DNA of 64,000 bases from Cladosporium halotolerans (taxonomy: Eukaryota): positions 310,001 through 374,000 of the forward strand of contig NW_027191473.1 in assembly GCF_011745625.1 (NCBI RefSeq). Direction: 5' to 3'. The translations under genes and the position numbers were made by a program. Under the pieces are notes generated by a model, which saw only the letters and a program-made list of their open reading frames with translations, had not been told where the DNA came from and ran no database searches. The stretch's first letter is position 1. Every line of letters starts with the position of its first letter. This document shows, in pieces, positions 44,135-56,520 of this stretch.

Positions 44135-47100
44135 ATGAGTGGGAGTAAATCGCCAGCGGCAGTCTCTGCGTCAGCAGATCACACAGGGCAGCAGGATTCG
44201 AGCAATGCAACAACAAACGGACACCGGAGCCCTGGACCAACGACGTCGGAGCCACAGAAAGCGTTGAACGGGAGCCCAAAGCGCTCGATCGAGGACAACG
44301 AAAGCAGCGAATTGCCAGACGCGCCGCCGCCTGAGACTAACGGCCACCCTACCGGCGCGACTGATGGCGATGAAGACGCGAACTCCGAGGCGGAAACGGT
44401 CCTGACGAGCCCTGTCAAGAAGAAAGAGGCGGAGAAACGCGTAAACGCTATCAAACAGGAGAAGACGGACCTCCCGGTGCCCGACATCAAGCCTGCCGTC
44501 GAGGACGAAAACGACGACGATGACGAGGCAGACGCGCCTGGATCGCCCGACGACAGCACTGCTCCAACCTCCGCAGTACCCGCGAGCAATGCGACTGCCC
44601 AGGAGCAGCAGGACGAGAACGTCCGAAAGAGTCGCGAAGATAGTAGCGAACCTCTAAGCGATGTCAGCCCCACGCGCTCCCCCGGTTCTGCTCGATCTTC
44701 GCGCCAAAGCTCGAACTCACGCGCTCAGTCTGAACGACCGGGCTCCGGTCGCAACAGCAAAGAATCGCCAAATCCGAGGAAACGAAAGCATCGCGCATCT
44801 TCGGTGAACTTGCCTAACAAGAGGCCAAGCATGGACGTCGCCAAGCGCCGGCTACGTGATATGCACTCGGAGGGTGTGGGCAACAGCAATGCGACAGCAA
44901 GGTCGCCTTCCCCCGGTCGCAGAGGGCATCGGCGCGCAGTATCCACTCAGTCCGCTATGCTCGATGGATCCTCTGAGACGCAAGGCAACCGAAAACGCAG
45001 GGCTGTCACCCAATTTCCTGTCCGCGAGCCCAAGGCTGCTAAGGGTACTTGGGATGAATCTAGTGTGTCATCCGAGTCGACCTCGCACGGGCAAGGAGAA
45101 GCTCCCCGGCGACAGCGTGGCATCGGACGATCTACATCTACACCTGGCAGGCCCGCTGGACGTGAGCATAAACGACATATCAACAAGTATGGCTTTACCA
45201 AGCTTGCTGAGGCGTGCGAAGATGGCGATCTGGATCTTGTCAAGGAGTGGAGAAATAAGGATCCCGACCAACTGGAAATTGAAGAGTTTGCTAAGAACAC
45301 TCCTCTTCAAATTGCTTCTCTGAACGGAAACTCGGAGGTCGTGGAGTACTTGATTGGTGAAGGCTGTCGTGTGGATTGCGCAAACGTCGATAAAGACACT
45401 CCGCTCATCGATGCCGCCGAAAATGGACACGCCGATGTGGTCGACATTCTTCTAAATGCTGGCGTAGATCCTTTGCGGCAGAATCTTAAAGGACAACAGG
45501 CACTGGACGTTGTTAATGACGACACTGAAAACGCCACCGAAATCAGAGCATCTCTTCGCCGAGCTATGGAAAAGTGGAACAGTGTCGACGCCAGGAAACG
45601 CAGGGAACATGAGGAAGAACAACGGTTCAGCAGTCGCCCCTCGGGCGAGCTCCACTTCATGGCTAGGACCTACGAGAATCTCCACAAACTGGTTGTGAAT
45701 AACGATCGCAACAGTGTTCGTGAGTTTCTTGACGCTCGCGTCCCCGTTGACAACAACATCATAGCGGCTGCAGCCAAAACCGGCGATTCCTACCTCATTA
45801 ACATGCTTCTTGCAGAAATGACCGAGAAAAAGGCATTTCAGAAGCCCGAGAAACCGCTCCTCAGCGTCCTTGGAACTTCGCATTACGAAACGGTCAAGTC
45901 TCTCACGGAGCTGGATCAATTCAATCCGCTCTGGCGCAACAGACAAGGCAAAACCTGGCCGGAAATCGCGGACGAACGTCACGGGCCTATGTGGAAACAG
46001 GAATCTGAGCTTCTCCATCGACTCTATAACGAGGCACGCGGCAAGGCTGAAAGACGGAGCTCCAGCCCGGTCACTAAGCGTGACGAGGCAAAACGTCGGC
46101 CGCCGCCCAAATCAGGCGACAACAGCGACGAGGAATCACCTCCGAAGCGCAAGAACGGCAAGCGTCTGATGTCTAGAAGGGAGATGCGCGCCGCGAGCGG
46201 AAAGCCGTTCTCCGAATCGTCTTCCGAGGAATCGAGCTCCGAAACTGCCAGAGAGGCGGAGGAGAGCATGAAACCGCCCGAGAGCCCGAATACAAAGCGT
46301 GGTCCTGGACGGCCCAGGAAGAAGAGTACGTCTGCGCAGCCTGCAGAGACGCCTCAGGAAAGTCCGAGGACACGTAGGCGGAGCTCTTCGCTTCGTGAGA
46401 AGGCTGAGCCAAGCCTGCCGGCTGTCGATGAGCAAATGGAAGATGCCGACGCTAGCGTTACTGTTGGTGGGAAACCAGAGGGGATGGAGACAGGGAGCAA
46501 GAAAGATGACGACACTGCCGCGCTTGAGAAGGCCAAAGCTGAGGAGGAGGCGAAGCGGAAAGAAGACGAAGAGAAAAAGAGGAAGGCTGATGAAGAAGCT
46601 GCCGCAAAGAGAAAAGAGGAAGAGGCGAGGAAGAAAGAAGAGGAGGAAGCGAAGAGGAAAGAAGAGGAAGAGGCGAAGGCACGTAAGACCGAGGAAGACG
46701 CTCGGAGAGCTGAAGAGGAAAGGAAGGCCGAAGAGCAACGCCAAGCTGAAGAGGCCAAGGCCAAGCAGGAGGAAGAAGCGAGGCGAGCAGAGGCTGCGCG
46801 AGAGGCAGAAGAGCAACGCAAGAAGCTTGAGCAGGAACTTACTGAAGCTAAGCGCAAGCATCGTCAGGAACTGGCTTCTTCATTACCGATTGCGTTATCA
46901 AGGTTCCTCAACCCAGCGGCCAATGATGGTACGGAAAGCTCTCGCTTAGACCCCGATGTACTCGAGGTGTTCACTCCGCTGTACGCCATGCCTATTACGG
47001 GCAATTCCACGGATCTATCGCAACTCAACTCGCAAACAGAGCTCTTCGTTCTCAATGCACAAGCGGCGCCTTTGCTGGGCAAGGTTGGACTGGACCTTTT

Positions 47101-47620
47101 ACTCCGACGAAGCGCGCCCGGCTTTGAAAAGTCGCTGGCTCACAATTGGACCGCATTCCCCGTCGAAAGCGGAGAAGAGCACTTTGTTCGCACGATCCTG
47201 CCCTCTCACGTGCTCAGCAAACAGCTCGTGGACGAAGATGCAATGGATGACGGGCTTTCATTTACAGCGGAACTCGACCGCACGGCCCGACACATGCACA
47301 GCATGCGCGAAGCACAATCTCAATTCGACGCGGCCGATATCGAACTGCGATGGGTCAAACTGCAGGACGTCCTCGACAACCTCCATACGGACCTCCAGGG
47401 AGTCTCCATCGAAGTGCGCAGCGATCTCAGACGACCCCAGGACCACGCCCGCGCCCTCAAGACCATTCAGGCGAATGACACAACAGACTTATTCGGCCGC
47501 GTGAGCGAGTGGTGGCGGCACGCTAGTCTCCCGCGCAGTATCGATAATGGCAAGATCTCGGCGCCGCCTGCCGATGCCAGCGTCGGGCTGACGGATGTTC
47601 GCGTCTCGCACGAGAAATGA
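44135..47620 (+). CDS. Ankyrin-repeat protein resembling Set3C histone deacetylase complex subunit Hos4
   Basis: Ankyrin repeats (NTPLQIASLNGNSEVVEYLI; DTPLIDAAENGHADVVDILL), NSEAETV motif, AT-hook-like KRGPGRPRK, long E/K/A charged helix. Hos4 orthology is inferred. Confidence 0.82.
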   Translation: MSGSKSPAAVSASADHTGQQDSSNATTNGHRSPGPTTSEPQKALNGSPKRSIEDNESSELPDAPPPETNGHPTGATDGDEDANSEAETVLTSPVKKKEAEKRVNAIKQEKTDLPVPDIKPAVEDENDDDDEADAPGSPDDSTAPTSAVPASNATAQEQQDENVRKSREDSSEPLSDVSPTRSPGSARSSRQSSNSRAQSERPGSGRNSKESPNPRKRKHRASSVNLPNKRPSMDVAKRRLRDMHSEGVGNSNATARSPSPGRRGHRRAVSTQSAMLDGSSETQGNRKRRAVTQFPVREPKAAKGTWDESSVSSESTSHGQGEAPRRQRGIGRSTSTPGRPAGREHKRHINKYGFTKLAEACEDGDLDLVKEWRNKDPDQLEIEEFAKNTPLQIASLNGNSEVVEYLIGEGCRVDCANVDKDTPLIDAAENGHADVVDILLNAGVDPLRQNLKGQQALDVVNDDTENATEIRASLRRAMEKWNSVDARKRREHEEEQRFSSRPSGELHFMARTYENLHKLVVNNDRNSVREFLDARVPVDNNIIAAAAKTGDSYLINMLLAEMTEKKAFQKPEKPLLSVLGTSHYETVKSLTELDQFNPLWRNRQGKTWPEIADERHGPMWKQESELLHRLYNEARGKAERRSSSPVTKRDEAKRRPPPKSGDNSDEESPPKRKNGKRLMSRREMRAASGKPFSESSSEESSSETAREAEESMKPPESPNTKRGPGRPRKKSTSAQPAETPQESPRTRRRSSSLREKAEPSLPAVDEQMEDADASVTVGGKPEGMETGSKKDDDTAALEKAKAEEEAKRKEDEEKKRKADEEAAAKRKEEEARKKEEEEAKRKEEEEAKARKTEEDARRAEEERKAEEQRQAEEAKAKQEEEARRAEAAREAEEQRKKLEQELTEAKRKHRQELASSLPIALSRFLNPAANDGTESSRLDPDVLEVFTPLYAMPITGNSTDLSQLNSQTELFVLNAQAAPLLGKVGLDLLLRRSAPGFEKSLAHNWTAFPVESGEEHFVRTILPSHVLSKQLVDEDAMDDGLSFTAELDRTARHMHSMREAQSQFDAADIELRWVKLQDVLDNLHTDLQGVSIEVRSDLRRPQDHARALKTIQANDTTDLFGRVSEWWRHASLPRSIDNGKISAPPADASVGLTDVRVSHEK

Positions 47621-48995
47621 AGACGGCCGCTTTGCTCGGACTGGGATGGAGACACGAGCCTACCTTAGGGTTTATTGATAGCCCTTTTTGCACGTAGCTG
47701 CACGTATCACGAATGCTATGAACTACGAGACCCTACATTCATTTGTACCTAAGCTATGCGTGTTTGTGATCAGGTGTAATGTGAAGAACCTGTCATTCCG
47801 CAATTTATGTGGGTTTGCGTAAGCAGTGTCTTTCGGCCTCGAAGAATATTGTAAGGGCCTGGCGTGGGATGACAGCGATACGGCCTCATGCATACAAGTA
47901 TATCCACATCAGGTACTCTGTACGTTCACATCCCACCTTGGCGCCAGCGGAGCTTTCGCAACACCCCTGCGGAACCTTCAGCTCCTCACAACCTCACCCC
48001 TACTTCTTCCCAGAGAGCGCAATACTCCCGCACAACATCTTCGGACCACCCTCCGCCGTCTGGTCCAGGCTCCTCGCCGTCGGCCTCACGGCGCCGCCTC
48101 CTGGTGAAGCACAAAGGAGCTGCTTCCGAGAACGGGTGCAGCCATTAGCGCCTCGACGACAAAGTCCAATCGTCGTCGAGCCCATTTGGTCTAATGCGCC
48201 GCGATATCGCCGTGCAAGAGGTCGGAGTCATGAACGCAGGGCGCCGGATGCCCGTCTCGGCATCATCGAGCGTCTATATCGAGTCGTGGCAGGGACGGCG
48301 GGAGGGGCGGTGTACGACAGCGCGAGTGTGGAAGGAGCGTGCTCCGAGGATTTTGGTGCACCCGTTAGCGGGCGCGTGGGCGTGGCCAATTGCTGTGCTG
48401 GCGCAGGAGTGTTTCGGAGCGAAGAGCGAGATCTTGGTAGGAGCTGCCTCCGGCGCTTGACAGAAAGCCTGTTGTCGCGTGATGGAACGTGTCTAGACTG
48501 CGGAAAAATGACGCGGGAGCCAGTCGGAGGGTTTGATGCAAGATTGCCCTCATGTATGTCACCAGAATGACGTTTCATTGGGTATTAGACGTGTGATCAA
48601 TGTTAGGTTTTGGGTTGGCTAAAGAGCAACAGAACGGCCGTGGTAGAATTGCGAGATGTGGTGGTCAGACTTTTTCGAGATGATCATACTGCTGTGCTGA
48701 AAATGATGGGAAGCCTTTCACATGCAGTCTCCCTCCATTGCCGCCTGAGAAGATAAGTGGCGAACGTATTATCCCTTAAAATGGTATTACTGGTGGCAGT
48801 TGCTGATGGCAGTGGATGAGTTGATGTTGGCCTTGAAGCCTGAGGCATCATCACTTCCGCTCCCGTTGCCGCCGCCCACCGCGCCTTAGCGGCTTGGCCG
48901 AGGCCACCGCGAACTTTCAGAAATAGGCCCTCAAAGCGCGACGACGCTTGCGACTTGACTCCCTCGACAGGACAACGATACCGAAGCCGCCCATC

Positions 48996-49864
48996 ATGTC
49001 TCAGCAGGCCCTTAACAAGATCGCCCCCAACTCCCCCTCGAGGGCCAAGCCCAACGAGATCGAGACCAGCATTGCGACTGCTCTCTACGAGCTCGAGACC
49101 AACATCCCGGACATGCGCGCCGCCCTCAGGCCGCTCCAGTTCGTCTCCGCCCGCGAGGTAAGATGAAAACCACCCGCCGATGCGATGCAATGGTTGCACG
49201 CACGAATATACACACACACAATCAAGAGGAGGAACCATGACGGCGGCGGGCGTCAACCGCCCGCCGCCAATGGACCGGTATACATTTGGACACATGGAAT
49301 ATCTCGATTTGGGAGAGGCGGTGGGCACTGGGCAGCTTTGCGCTGACACCAGGATTCTTCAGATCGAGACCGGCCACGGCAAGAAGGCTATCGTCATCTT
49401 CGTCCCGGTTCCCCTCCTCCAGGGCTGGCACCGTTCCCAGCAGCGGTAAGTTTTTTTCTCCAACTCACTGTCAACCATGAACCTCCACTGACATCCCCAC
49501 CAGTCTCACCCGTGAGCTCGAGAAGAAGTTCTCCGACCGCCACGTGCTGATCATCGCTTCCCGCCGCATCCTGCCGCGCCCCAAGCGCAGCAACCGCAGC
49601 CGCTCCACCCAGACCCAGAAGCGCCCGCGCTCCAGGACTCTGACCGCCGTCCACGACGCCATCCTCGCCGACCTCGTCTACCCCGTCGAGATCGTTGGCA
49701 AGCGCATCCGCACCAAGGAGGACAACTCCAAGGTCCTCAAGATCGTCCTCGACGAGAAGGAGCGCGGCGGCGTCGACTACCGCCTCGACACCTACTCCGA
49801 GGTCTACAAGCGTCTGACCGGCAAGGGTGTGAACTTCGAGTTCCCCCAGCACACTGAGCACTAA
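48996..49864 (+). CDS. RPS7: 40S ribosomal protein S7 (eS7), 3 exons
   Basis: [80 protein letters not shown]. Confidence 0.97.
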
Positions 49865-50237
49865 GCGTGCCCAGCACCAGCTTCCAGCAGGCTGTCGGTA
49901 GGCGGACGTAAAGTTGCCGTCGATGGCTCGCAGTTGGGTCGGCACGTAACGGGACGAAATGGGCAAATAAAAAGGTTTTCTGGGACAGCGTATCGGCGTT
50001 AAGGTAGCTTCTGTCAAGTCATATTCTCAATGCTACTGTTCCGAGGGCCTGCCCACTAGCTCGTGCAGACAATCTCACATCGTATCACTTCTGCACCCCC
50101 CCCTCGGTAGCCATCTTTCACCTGCCAATCGCCGTCCTCACCTGAAACATTGTTCCAACGCCCTGCCTGTGGCACAAAGCTTTCGACATTCAACATGATT
50201 TATTCCTGGGTATCTTTCGATCGTTCATCGTATGTAG

Positions 50238-50263
50238 TAAAAAAAGAAAAAAGAAAAAAAAAA
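50238..50263. repeat. A-rich tract between convergent RPS7 and PAS kinase 3' ends
   Basis: aaaaaaagaaaaaagaaaaaaaaa read directly. Confidence 0.8.
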
Positions 50264-50544
50264 TGACAGACAAGAAGCAAGCAAGACCCCACCATCGGTC
50301 AGTCAGTCAGCCACTCTCTAAACGAGCCTTGAGGACCTCAGCGTCCGGCCCCTTCATCCATCTTGCAAATGTCCGTCCCGTCGTGCCGCGTGTGCAGCCA
50401 TAACCCCCTAAGCGAGACGTCCAGTCCCGTTCCGTGTTGCATGCGTGCCCCATGCTTGCCATCATCACACCCGAACCCAATTCAAAATCAAATTCAAATT
50501 CAAAACGGCGTCCCCTCCCTGACCGCCCGCTCGAAAGCCGCGCC

Positions 50545-53500
50545 CTACGCCGCCTTCTTGCCAGCAGCCAGCGCCGCGTCCGCATTCGCCTCCTCGCTCC
50601 CTTCTCCCTCCTCCTCGTCATCGCTGTCGTCCACGACCGTGCACCAGGGGTGCTCGAGCACAGCCTGGATGCCGACGCGGCGCTCGACGTCGCGGTCCAG
50701 CATCGCGCGGATCAGGTCGATGCACTCCTCGCTCGGCACCCACGGCACGCGCAGGTCGTGGTCCATGATCTCGTCGATGCTGTAGAAGGGGTTCTCCTTG
50801 TAGACGATGGTGTACAGCAGGATGCCGAGCGCCCAGACGTCCTGCTCCTTGCCGCGGTAGGGTCTGCCCTGCAGGACCTCGGGCGCGGCGTAGTCGATCG
50901 TGCCGACGAAGACGTCGAAGGGCCCGCTCTTGATGTAGGCGGCGGAGCCGAAGTCGACGAGCTTGACCTTCCCTTCGCCGTCGAGGATGACGTTCTCGTC
51001 CTTGATGTCGCGGTGCACGACTTTGGCGGCGATGTGCAGGTGGCGCAGGGCCTCGGCGACCTGCTTGAAGATCTTGCGGCACTCGCGCTCGTCCATGGTG
51101 ACGCGCAGCTCGATGTAGTCGAACAGGTCCATGCCGGGGAGGCCGTGCGGGACCATCTCGATGTAGTAGTTGACGTCGTCCTCGAAGAAGTCGGCCATCT
51201 CGACGATGTTGGGGTGCTGCAGGCCGTCGCGGCGGAGGTAGTCGAGGACGTGGATCTCGAGCGGGACGGTGCCGAGGCGGCGGTCGCGGTGCCAGGTGTC
51301 GACGAGGATGCGGCGCTTGGTGACGTACTTGATGACCATCTTCTTCGCGGCGGACTTCTTGTAGCGCGCCAGCTTGACCTGCCCGTAAGCGCCCTGGCCC
51401 ATCTCCTCGAGGATGTTGAAGTCTTCGATCTTTTTCTTCTTGATCACTTTGCAGCCGGCTTCGAGCAGCTCCGGGGAGGGGTGCTCGTAGACTTCATTCT
51501 CGCCGTTGGTGGCGGGGGAGGAGTCGTCGGAGCTGGCGGCGGCGTCTTCGACCTGGCGGGAGAGGAGCGCGATGCGCGGGTCGTCCATGTCGATTTTGGA
51601 TTCTTCGTTGGCCATGGGTGTAGGGATGGACTCGTCGATGCCGGAGCCTGGGCGAGGCTGCGAGGGTGGCGTCGTGGGCCGGCTTTCGGGGATCGTGACT
51701 GAGCCGATGCCGTGGTGGACCGCGTGCAGCTGCCTGCTGTACGTGATCCAGAGAGCGAACACAACTTCACTGCTGGGCGTTGAGGTGAAGCCCTCAACGT
51801 CCTCCTCGATCACGCTCTCGTTGTAGATCGCGTCACGGCCCGACTTCACCACGCGCATCTGCACGTCGACCATGATGTCCGCGCCGTCTCTGTGCTTCGC
51901 CGGCAGGCCGCTGGGCCGCAGGAAGTACTGAGCCGCTTCAGCGCTGCCTTCGCGCATGGCTAGGAGCGACCTCGCGCGCCTGAAAGAGTGCTCGGGAATG
52001 ACGATGCCATCCACGAGCTTGATCTTGTCCTCATCAGTCATGATGCGAAGCACCTTGTCAAATCCAGGAATCAGATCCGTCACTTCCATGCCATCGGGAT
52101 CAGTGTGGCCAAAGAGCGCAGCGGAGAAGACGGTGTTGCTGCTGCTGACACGCATGGTGCGCGGGTTCAGCACCATGATGCCGGCAATGTGCGGGAAGCT
52201 CGAGACTCTGAACGTGCTCTCCCCCGACAGCTGGTCGATCGTCACAGGGATGGAGATGGAGTTGCTCGTCCTGACGGTGAAGCGCCGCAGCCTCGCGACT
52301 TCATCGTAGTCCAAAGCGCCAGTGTAAGTGCCCGCCATCTTGGGGAAGCTCGGGATCAGCTTCTGGACGTCCATGCCCTTCCGCACTCGATCAATACCCC
52401 AGATAGGCTCGATGTCGCCACGCCCGCTCACGACAGAACCAATCTCATCCACGGTCAGATACGCCACATCCTCAGCGATCTCCTCCATGACCCAGATCAA
52501 ACCGCCGCTCTTCTCCTTCACCCAAAGCGACGCACTGCCGTACGTCCCATTCATCTTCTTGATAGGAACAACATCACCGCACAAAAGCACTCCGCGAGAC
52601 CGGTTGCCGGCGTGGTTAGGAGACTTCGGCGACGAGCTCCTATCCCCGTTCTCCGTCTTGCTGCGGCGGGACTGGTACGTCTCGCGCGCAGGAGGCTTCG
52701 ACAGCAGTTTAGCAGTGACCCCGTTCCCCATGGCGGCAATGCTGCCATTGCTCGGCCCGGCCTTGGGACTACTCACCGGCTGCTTGGGCTGGCGCTGCGC
52801 CGTGCCGGCCTCCGGGTTTCTGAGCTTCTCCTCCAGCCACTTGCGGCGCTCCTCTCGGATCACCTCCATGATGCCGAGCGTGCGGACCTCAGCGCGGGTC
52901 ACGCCGAAGATCAGACAGGCGAGGTCGTTGGCTGCGGTGATGGTCCAGGGTGCTTTGCTCTCGGTGGTGAAGATCGCTTGCGGGTGGTTGTTGCGGTGGC
53001 CGTGGGGTGCGCGCTCGTGCATGGTGTTGGCGCGGCTGGGTCCAGGTTGGGGCGCTTCCCGCGAATGCGCGGGGGGTACGATCGGTGTCTCGCGAGGGGC
53101 AGTGTGGTAAGGCTGTGCCATGGCCTCTGTAAGTCGATGTTGTAACGATAGGCCAGATGTATCGGTATATGTCCGCTTGAGAGCTGCACGCCCCAGACCA
53201 GGGCGCGCATTCGAGCTGGGGGCATCTTCTTGCGTCGGAGATCTTGATAACCGGAAAGGATCAGGTTCCTCGTTCTCGTCCTCGGGAGAAACGATCACTT
53301 CACCCTTGGGCCCGGTGTTTTCACCCAGAGTATCAGATGATTGATCATCGGAGGGACTTTCAACCAACTCTTCGCTGGGCTGGACAAAGCTCCGTTCAAA
53401 GACGTTGTCGCTGACTAGGTGGGCCGGACCCGTCAGAGGACCATGATCGATTCCCAGCCCTGCCGCCGTGATCGCTTCCGGGCTCATCATGTTGGCCTTC

Positions 53501-54489
53501 TGCAGGAGCTCCATCATGCTCAGCAGCTCCTCGTCTCCCGCCAACCTAGCCTGCGCACTCGCAATGCGAGGCGACGAAGAAGCCCAGCCCAGCTTGTCCC
53601 GCATGAACTCGATACTCCGCTTGAGGACTTGCTGCCTGTTTTGCAAGGTGTCGCTGTTGTTGTGGGCAAACGAGAACGAATGCAGGGATTCCGAAGGAAA
53701 TCGAGTCAGGTCTTCGCTGAAGGGCAGCACTGGCGACGCCGGCCCTGACTGGAGGTTCATGGAGGACTTCCGCGAGGTCGCGGCTGGCGTCGAGAGCGTG
53801 CGGAGCTCGAAGGCGGGAATGTTCGGCGAAGAGGGATTGCGCGCCTGCCTGATGCGCCGGAGACCGGTGTCGCGCTCTGCGGTTAAGACGGGTGACCTGT
53901 TTGCAGCGGAGATGCGCGTCAGCGATTGTGTCTCTCGCATGTCTTGTGCCTGCAGTCATGCGGCCTCCGCATTCGGCTTATTTGTTTGCCGTGCATGGCC
54001 CGTGAAGGCGGCGGAGGCACGGAATCATGCCTGACATGTCCGCTCCGGCGGTTTGTACGCACCTGGCCAAGTCATAGTCTACGCCCGCATCCACGCTCAG
54101 CCGCGCTCTCTGCGACTGGGCGGAGTAAGGACTGCTGTTGCTCGCGTGGGCGGCCAAGTTGCCGGCAGATCTGTTTTTGGGAATCAGCAGGCCAGGCGTG
54201 GCTCTGCGGTCGGAGATCGACCCTGTACCCGGGGTTTCAAGGTTCGACACGCTCGTGTTTCGCGAGGCGGCGGAGAATGTCGTGGAGTCTGCGAGGAAGG
54301 CAAAAGGCAGGCTGTTAGCGGTTGTTGGGGTAGAGCGTGACGCGGGCTCTGGCACAGGCGGCACGTGGAGTTGTGAGGATGACTGCGCGAGACAAGGCGA
54401 ATCTCGTGGTCGGAGGCAGGCGGATGCGGAGGGTGGTATCGGAGGAGAACAGACGACTCACCATCTTGCCGGCCGTCTTGCGGATTCAT
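50545..54489 (-). CDS. PSK1: PAS-domain Ser/Thr protein kinase (Psk1/2, PASK family), 3 exons
   Basis: MGQGAYGQV, VVHRDIKDEN, DFGSAA, FVGTIDYAAPE; PAS-like QAIFTTESKAPWTITAANDLAC. Model: ATG 54489, introns ~54461-54289 and ~54062-53897. Confidence 0.92.
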
Positions 54490-56420
54490 GCTCTCGCGCG
54501 GCGCAGTCGGAGGGGTGACGATGGCCCGGCGAGGGCTGAGAGGCGTCGAGGCTTGGTATGGCGGACTAATCAGGGGCGGGCGGTCTGGGGCGTGAGAGTG
54601 AGACCTAAGACCGGGCGCTGGGCGGCAGCGCACCGCAAAGCACTGCTGGGGGGGTGGTGTGCTGTTTGGGACGGGGCTCGCTTTCACGTGGGGTTCGCGT
54701 GGCTGCGAGTCACGGGTATGCAACGAGAGCCAGGGCGGGCGGCGGCGGAGGGCGACTGGGGGGTTGTGAGGCGTGGCAGCGACAGGGGGCCACGCTACTG
54801 TATGCTGCGGGAGGAATATTCAGTAGTCGGGCGAGGGCAGGGAGAGAGGCACAGAGGGCAGCACGGGCAGCTGGCGGTGGTGGGCGGCGGAGGATGGTGA
54901 CGAGGGAACTTTGCTCTCAGTGCTCTCAGGGCAGGGCAGCGCGGGCGGATCGTCGGTCTGTGGCTGCCCCGACTCGCTGCCAGCGCTGGCGGCGTGTGGA
55001 GAGAGCGGGCACGGCGGGCCCACGCTGAGAGCCGAGAGAGCCTGCCCAGGTGGCCGGCGCCATCTGAGCGCGCAACAGCCACCATGACTTCCAGTCGCTC
55101 AGCGCTCGTCTCGCCGAAAAGCCTGGCTGATGACCATCGCGCCGACTCTCCCGGCGACACCGAATCACGAGCCCCACCTCACGAACCCACGCCCGCCGCC
55201 GCATTCAGCATTATGTACATCTACAGTACACACAGTACATGTCATCCCCATCTCGCATCCCGCTGTAGCGCCCCGTTCAGCCTCGATCGCCGTGCGTGCG
55301 TGCAGCCCCCCGGCCGGGCACGGCAAGGCAAGGTCACCACCGCACTGTCATCCGTTCGACACTCGCCTTGTACCCGGCAGCCAGCATCCCTCCACGCCAA
55401 GGCGAGCGCCTCGCAGCCGGGCCGACCTGTCTCAGCCGCATAGCCTTTGCCAACAGATTCTCTCACCAGACATCCCAAAAAATTCCCCCTGATGATCTCG
55501 GCTTGCCTCGCCAAGCTGCCCGTCTTCATGGCGGACGGATGCGCGGAGCACCGAGTCTCGAGACGGGCCAGGAACCGTTTCTGACGACATGTGGTCTGAA
55601 TTGACTCGCGAAGAATGCAAGGGTAGGTATGTAGGTAGGTACAGCACACAAGACTCCCCGCCATCACCTGATTCCCGCCTCTCGCACATGGTCAAGTGCT
55701 CCCTCCCATCCACCGGCACGCCGAATCTCGGGTATCGCCCGAGGGGTACATTGCACGTTCTGCGAGATGTGCGTCTCTCCACGCCCGCGTGTCACGCGAC
55801 ATTGTATGTGTGTACTTCGTGTACACGGCGTCAGTGAGTGGTGCGGCACCAGCTTGCGCCTTCTCCTTCCCGCAACCGCAGAGGGCGTCGATATCAGGAG
55901 AGTGGAGATGCGCGAGGTCAGACACACTTATGTGTAAAGACAGGCAATCTTGTGAACCTCGTAGCAAGGGACGTTACATACATGGAAGTTTCAGGTAACT
56001 TCAGCAATTCGTCGAACACGCTCGCTCTTCTGGCATCGCAAACGCACGTCAGATCCAAGAGAGAACAAACGACTTGATCGATCAATACCTGAGATCCCAT
56101 ACCGTACTGTAGCTACCTTAACTCACCTTAACCGTGATCCGACCTACGTTCCTTTCCCGATCGCCTCGTGTCTGCATTCCCGTCCTGGGAGTCCGATGTG
56201 GTTGGCTGGTCCATGCAAAAACAAACGCCAGAAAAGCCAAAGGATCCATCCATCCTTCCTTCCCAGATACCGTGACCCGTTCCGTTCCCAAACCCTTCCC
56301 ATTCCTTCCCTTTCCCTGTCCGCGCATAGAAAAAAAATCGAAAAACCAGCAAATAGCAAGCAAGGCAGCAAGAAAGAGCAAACGCCCCGCAAAATGCCCG
56401 TCCCCCAAAAAAGCAAAACC

Positions 56421-56440
56421 CCATCCCATCCCATCCCATC
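56421..56440. repeat. (CCATC)4 pentanucleotide repeat in the 3' region of the F-box gene
   Basis: Read directly. Confidence 0.8.
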
Positions 56441-56520
56441 CCCGGCCCTTACAACCGTTCCAGAAACCCGACTCCCGGCTCCGTGAAAGCTCAACTCACT
56501 CGGCCTCAAGTCAATCAACA

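Noticed and set aside
50434..51702. 422-aa plus-strand ORF (also 51988-53145 and 52328-53110)
   Set aside because: Antisense shadows of the GC3-rich PAS kinase CDS; no independent motifs.
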